A DNA stretch of 64,000 nt from assembly GCF_009914755.1 (NCBI RefSeq), contig NC_060941.1, one strand, 5' to 3'. The first letter of the stretch is position 1. Each line of letters begins with the position of its first letter. The DNA comes from the human T2T-CHM13v2.0 reference genome, Homo sapiens. The notes under the pieces are model-generated. The model made no database searches. It saw nothing but the letters and a program-made list of their open reading frames with translations, and had not been told where the DNA came from. Position numbers and translations under genes: made by a program. Of the stretch, positions 55,925-64,000 are shown one piece after another.

Positions 55925-56917
55925 TTACCAACGTTGACTAGGTTTTGATATTGAGGATGAAGAATGGAAGTACATTTAGGTGTCTTGTAATTCTCTGACT
56001 TCCTCCATGCTTAGCATTTCTTTTTCCTTAGCATCTTCAATTTTCTTATTTTTTTTTTCTTAAGGAACTTGAACATTCTGTAGGATCCAAGTACCGTTCT
56101 ACTAATTGAATTTGAATGCATCATGATCAGTGCCTCAAAATTTTATTTCAAAAGTCCATGATTAATTCACACTGGCCATGATGCTGGTGCACTTTGCCCC
56201 TGGGATTGGCACAGGTGGTGACTCGTGGAATGCAGCACCCTGTAGACGACGCACCTCCTCTGCTCATGGCCCCCACCTGCCCCGCCCCCAGTGCCTCTCC
56301 AAGGCTGCTCTGTTGGCCTCGGCTCCTGGGCTTCGGGGGAGCGGTGGAAAGAACACGTGGGTTTGGTGTTTGCCACTTGCTGGCTGTGTGGTCACGAGAG
56401 GCTCCTCCGTAGGTGGCAGAGGTGGGGGTTCGAGGAGACAGTGGCACTGAGCCCCGCACGCGGCGGGACTGGTGACTCTCTGCCCGCTCCTGCTCTGTGC
56501 AGCAATTGCCGTCCCTCCCACCACGGTTCCTGGTGGCCTTGGGATGGGTTCCCGGGGGTCTCCTGCTGTCCGGCCCCAACTCCTGTTCCCAGTGCGCCCC
56601 CGGAGCCCTGTCTCTCTAAATGAGGCTGACGTGGCTTGGCCTGAAGGCCCTGCCCCGTTACTCTGGGTGCATAGTGTATGCCTTTTTCTTCATAACTATT
56701 TCTGGGAAAGAAAAATATGCTCCATTTTATTATTGTTCCATATTAGAAGACAGACATTGTGGAAGGAATAATCAGGTTATCCATTCAGTTTCTTAGTTGT
56801 AGTGGTAGTAAAGTGATGCGTGTATCCGACAGATGATGGTGAGCAGGCGTGCTGGAAAGGAGTAGCATGACTTAGGGGTTCTTTTGGTTTGGTTCGAAAG
56901 TCATTGCTGTGCCGAGA

Positions 56918-57135
56918 TCTCAGGGTGACCCGCTGTGTCCCTGGTCAGGTCCTTCTCTGACCTCAAGGGTGACCTGCTGTGTCCTTGGCCGGGTGCTTCT
57001 CCAACCTCAGGGCGACCCGCTGGGTCCCTGGTCAGGCAGGGGCTGCTCTGACCTCAGGGTGACCACGGTGTCCCTGGTCAGGTGCTTCTCCGACTTCAGA
57101 GTGACCTGCTCTGTCCCTGGCCGGGGGCTTCTCCG
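56918..57135. repeat. Degenerate ~40-47-bp repeat (x5) just upstream of the TBCD exon at 57177
   Basis: cagggtgacc...tgtccctggtcagg...ctctgacct recurring. Confidence 0.8.
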
Positions 57136-57176
57136 AGCAGAGCTGCTGTGCGCTCACCGTGCTGCCTTTGTTTTAG

Positions 57177-57778
<602 letters not shown>

Positions 57779-58148
57779 AGTGTTTTTAGAATTTTTGTAT
57801 GCACCGTGACATTTTTCTGCTGTGTGTTTCACTCGTTAATACATTTTGCTGTTTTTTCCTTCTTTATGAAAGTAGCATTAGGCTGGCTTTACGCCGTGTC
57901 CCGTGCGTAGCTGCTGTGCCGCCTCACTGTACATCCTGCACCCCCGTGCTGAAGTTCAGGCTTGCTTCTCGCACATCATGTTCGAGGGATCTGCTTCATG
58001 AATCGTACTTTTATTTTTAAAGTGTCACATGCACATATGTTGGCCCACAGTGTTCCTTTATGTCATATGATAGAACATGCATTATTAATCACGTCAAAAG
58101 TGTGTGAATCACCACTTAAAATTATTATAAGTATATAAAAATCATGCA

Positions 58149-58285
58149 TTAGCTTGGCATGGTGGCACACACCTGTAATCCCAGCTACTTGGGAGGCTGA
58201 GTGTGGGGTTGAGGCTGCAGCGAGCTAAGCTTGCACCACGGCACTCCAGCCTGGGTGACAGAATGAGACTCTCTCAAAAAAAAAA
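58149..58285 (+). mobile_element. Alu right-arm fragment (AluJ-like)
   Basis: ttagcttggcatggtggcacacacctgtaatcccagctac...ctctcaaaa. Confidence 0.8.
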
Positions 58286-58309
58286 TTCTCTTTCTGATTC
58301 CTATTTTGA

Positions 58310-58654
<345 letters not shown>

Positions 58655-59428
58655 TAGGCCCAGCCGTTAATAAACCCATCAGTGCTTGTAGCTGGGAGGG
58701 GGTTCCTGGAAACCGGCACCTGTGGCCAGGAGGAAGGGGGCAGAGGGCACCCAAGGTCTGTGGCCCCTTAGGGCCCTGGCGAACCCTTTGCTGTCAGAGG
58801 ACAGACTTGAAAAAGCTGAATTCTGGGAGGGAGGAGAAGGTGTTGTTTGTAGAAGCAGCTGCCGAGAGTGAGGAGAACACAGTTGCCTTTGTGCGTTGTG
58901 GAGCCGGGTCCTGTTTTGGTTGCGGCCGTGCATCCTGCATCCAGGTCGGGGCAGAGGTGGTTCCACGTCCTCCCAGAGGTCAGCCCCACGCTGGCCTCAG
59001 TGACCTGCTCTCTCACGCTTTCCTGTGGTGCTGGTCCCACTGACCAACCTGCCGGGAACTCCTGCTTGTCTCCCCTCCGGCCACCTGGCGTCTGAAGCTG
59101 GAATAGGCCCTGGCCACTGGGTTCCCCACGCCCTTCCCTCCCCATGGGATCCAGCCTTGGCACTTCAGGATCTGCAGCTCCAGACGGACTCCTGCCTGTG
59201 TGGCGGGTGGGCCTCGCAGCCGCCATGCCATCTAAAACTCGCATGTGGGGGTTTATCCAGTTGAAACACAGATAAATGTGAAACAGGATCACTTGGAGAT
59301 ATGACAGATGAGGTTGTCGGGACCCAGCAGCTTCCTTTGTCAATACCCCAGGTCTCAGCGTAGGACAAAAGGGGGGGACCTCAGGTAGGGTGTGGCCAGA
59401 CCCCCAGTGACACCCTGGGGTGGGGGCT

Positions 59429-59668
59429 GGCCGTGGAGAGGCTGGAGGTGACCTCTCCCCGGGTGTCCTTCCTGGGTTGTACCGGGGGCCGTGGAGAGGC
59501 TGGAGGTGACTCCTCCCCGGGTGTCCTTCCTGGGTTGTACCGGGGGCCGTGGAGAGGCTGGAGGTGACTCCTCCCCGGGTGTCCTTCCTGGGTTGTACTG
59601 GGGGCCGTGGAGAGGCTGGAGGTGACCTCTCCCCGGGTGTCCTTCCTGGGTTGTACCAGGGGCCATGG
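59429..59668. repeat. 58/59-bp VNTR, 4 copies
   Basis: ggccgtggagaggctggaggtgac...ccccgggtgtccttcctgggttgtaccggg. Confidence 0.93.
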
Positions 59669-59790
59669 ATGGCCGTGAGGAAGGTGGTGCCAGGAGCTGC
59701 CTATCTCATGGTGTGGGGTCTGTGGCTCCGGGCCAACATTGCCACCTCCCTAAAGAGTGCACTTTGTTATAGCTTATGGTTCTTCTGTGA

Positions 59791-59901
<111 letters not shown>

Positions 59902-60466
59902 TGAGTCCCAACAGTTCCTCCCTAAAGTCGTAAGTCTCTGAAAGGCCAGCAGATGAACGCTAAGGGGGATGTTTTTGCTCAGAGGCAGGACTTATGATTC
60001 TTCACTTCCTAGGTTTCCTCTCTTCCAGAGGATCGTCAGTCCCAGCTGCTGGAGGCTCTTTCATTCTCTTGCTGTCATAGTCGTAGTGAATGTTAAACTT
60101 CTTTAGGGACACTGGGCCCCTTGGAGAATTGGAGAATGTGTCCTGGCCCAAGGTTGGCAAAGAGGAGCTGACCCTGCCAGCCAGTGTTTGGAATGATCTC
60201 TGCACTCGTTGACAGACACGCACCTGGGGCCACGCCATATGCCCTCTCCTCCCTGCAGGCACACAAGAGGAGCAGTCCCGCGGGGGCCACGCACGCCCCC
60301 TTCTCTCCTATGCCAGCATCCGTTCCCTCTAGTCAGGGTGGGAAGTGGGAGGGACCAGCCGCAGGGGGCGTCCCCATCCACCTTTCAACCGGAGAGACGG
60401 CAGAGCGTGACCTCGGGGAAGCACGTCCCACGTTCCATACATGTGGAAGGAGCTCTGTGTTTCTGA

Positions 60467-60751
<285 letters not shown>

Positions 60752-61086
60752 TGAGCGCTTCTTCTGAGAAGCCCATCTATTCCGTGGAAACTCGGAGGCC
60801 CCGGGCTTTTCTGCAGGGAGAAATCTTTGTAGATTTGTGCCGTGTTTTGCGTTTTAAAGGCTCTGGGGAAGATGACCTGTTCTCTGCTCCCGGGTGAGCC
60901 TGCGTGGCAGGGCTTTGCAGGTGCTTGTCCAGCCCGTCCTCAGGTGTTGGGCCTGTGTCGTCCTCGTTGACAGGGTGTGAGGGAGGACGCGTCTTCAATG
61001 AAAGGCTGCCGGCTGCTTACATTGGGTTTTGCCAACATTTCTTGCTGTAGTGGGATTGATAACCCCTGAAACGCCTGTGTGTGTAG

Positions 61087-61398
<312 letters not shown>

Positions 61399-61813
61399 TG
61401 AGTGTCACGTCGCAGCTCTTCTGCATCCTAGAGGGCAGCCCCGAGCTTGGGGAGGCTGGCGGGGCGGGCGGTCCTGGTGCTCAGTGGCATTTGCACTGCT
61501 GGGCACACACCCTCCTCCCAGAGAGCCTCTCTGGTCCCTGACCCCAGGTTTGTGCAGGCCCCTCCTCCTGCCCCCATAGCCATGGCGTGAGCTGGGGCCC
61601 ATCCTCCTCTGCCCAGTGCCCCCAGGACGAGGCTCTGCTCCCCAGCCTGGGCCTCCAACGGTGCTCTGGCCAGTTTGATGACAGCCAGCTTCCCGGGGTA
61701 GGGCCGGGCAGGAGGTGGGGACTTCTCAGCTTAGGACCCTGAACCTGGGGGTCTGCTCCTGCCAGGACCAGCTGAGCCATCACTCAGTTCCCTGCACCTG
61801 AGGCTGCCATTGG

Positions 61814-62083
61814 GGCCTGCCCTTGCTGTGTGTCTCTGTCGGGGGCACTGGGTTGTGGGTACCCCCAGGCCCTGCCCTTTCTGTCGGTCTCTCTGTCGGG
61901 GGCACTGAGTCATGGAGGTCCAGGCCCTGCCCTTGCGGATCTCTGTCAGGGGCACTCAGTCAGGGGGTCCAGGCCCTGCCCTTGCGGGTCTCTGTCGGGG
62001 GCACTGAGTCATGGGGGTCCAGGCCCTGCCCTTGCTGTCAGTCTCTCTGTCAGGGACACTCGGCCGTGGGGATCCCAGGGCCT
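61814..62083. repeat. ~51-54-bp degenerate tandem repeat, 5 copies
   Basis: tctctgtcgggggcactgagtcatgggggtccaggccctgcccttgc. Confidence 0.88.
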
Positions 62084-62273
62084 GATTTCCTTAGTTCTCA
62101 CCTCTTTCTCTTTCCCCCTCCCCATCTCTTCCCCAGCCCCAGCTTCTCTCTCCCCATCCCCGGCCTCTCTGTCCCCATCACTCTTCTCCACCCGCTCCTG
62201 TAATCCTATTTGTTGTCCCTGCTTCAACCCTAAGACCTCATCAGCACGCATGTAACACGTAGCACATGTGTAA

Positions 62274-63041
<768 letters not shown>

Positions 63042-63451
63042 TAGGGGGTCAGGGGCCCAGTGTCTTCCTCTGACCCAGGAGGCTTAGGGCCTGTGGGATG
63101 GTTGAGTCTGATGAAGGTGGGACAGGGCCAGCGCCACTCTCTTCCTGCGGCCGCAGCCTTGGAGCTCCCAGCGTCCCCTCGGGGTTCAATCCTCCAGGAC
63201 CTGTGTCTGATGCCTGCATGTGGGTACCTGGGCTCCATCAGGTTCTAGATCGGCCTCCGCCCTCCACTTTCAGGGCTCCAGGCCCAGCTTCTCATGTCTG
63301 TGGGGAGGGTCTCCAGAGCCTTGGTCTGTGGCTGAGCTGTGGAACTTGAAGGCCTCTCTGCATCTTGTCACTCGTGGCCCCTGCACCTTGGGTCATGACC
63401 TGCTTTATGTGGCAACCCTGTGACAGCTGCTAAGTCCTAGAAAACACGTAA

Positions 63452-63560
63452 CAGGACGTGAGGTGCCCTCTGCGCCGTGTGGGCGCGTGCGGGGAGACCC
63501 GGGCCCCAGGACGTGAGGTGCCCTCTGCGCCGTGCGGGCGCGTGCGGGGAGACCCGGGCC
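63452..63560. repeat. 55-bp CpG-rich duplication (x2)
   Basis: caggacgtgaggtgccctctgcgccgtgYgggcgcgtgcggggagacccgggcc. Confidence 0.9.
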
Positions 63561-63929
63561 ACATGCGAGCGGGGCCCCGAGACATTCTGCACTCGGGAAT
63601 TGCGGGGATTATCAAATCCCGCTTCAGTGGGAAACGTGAGCGAAACCCAAGGTGAGTGGCCGCAGCCTTTCGTCACGTGCTCTCCCGCATGTCCTAAGTG
63701 AGGGCTCAGGCTGAGCTGCCGTTGCCGAGAGCCTTGTGTCTGCTTCGGGTGTCTGCACTGTGAGTGGCTCCGTGCTGGCGTCCGCACCAGCCGCTTGGGG
63801 CCAGACCTTCGCGTCTCTGCAGCTCGGAGCAGTTCTGCTCTTCAGCAGATGCTTGACCGGCTGTAGCCAAGCCTGAGGGGTGGCAGGCTCGGGGGTCCCA
63901 CTGCCTTCTGAGGTGTCTCCGTGTTGCAG

Positions 63930-64000
63930 ATCCGGCACTCCACCCAGAGCCTCTTTGAGTACATGAAGGGCATTCAGAGCGACCCGCAGGCCCTGGGCAG
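63930..64000 (+). CDS. TBCD: TBCD exon (approx. 33), truncated by the window end: IRHSTQSLFEYMKGIQSDPQALG...
   Basis: ttgcag|ATCCGG, phase 0, continues the frame of the previous exon. Confidence 0.95.
   Translation, partial: MRHSTQSLFEYMKGIQSDPQALG

Overview
Human genomic DNA from the GC-rich, VNTR-dense subtelomeric 17q25.3 region. The left part (1 to ~39.9 kb) carries four coding exons of B3GNTL1 (QTGAL, a GT2-family queuosine-tRNA galactosyltransferase) on the minus strand: approximately exons 5, 4, 3 and 2. The right part (~41.2 to 64 kb) carries 13 consecutive coding exons of TBCD (tubulin-folding cofactor D; approximately exons 21-33) on the plus strand. The main anomaly is that these blocks meet within a 1.46-kb gap (39820-41277) that has no B3GNTL1 exon 1 or CpG-island promoter and none of TBCD exons 1-20. 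As I recall the reference, TBCD lies entirely proximal to B3GNTL1 and the two genes are tail-to-tail. This join therefore looks like a tandem-duplication junction (order of 140 kb), or else an eccDNA or assembly chimera, leaving two 5'-truncated gene copies head-to-head. Inside the gap, a minus-strand 19-codon ORF ends in ATG|GTAAGT, in phase with B3GNTL1 exon 2 and just downstream of a same-sense MER21-like LTR fragment; it is a candidate replacement first exon. The rest is Alus, old L1/ERVL/LTR/DNA-transposon remnants and about 20 tandem repeats, several visibly derived from old transposon sequence. Gene identities, exon numbers and repeat subfamilies are recalled from memory, not from a database search.
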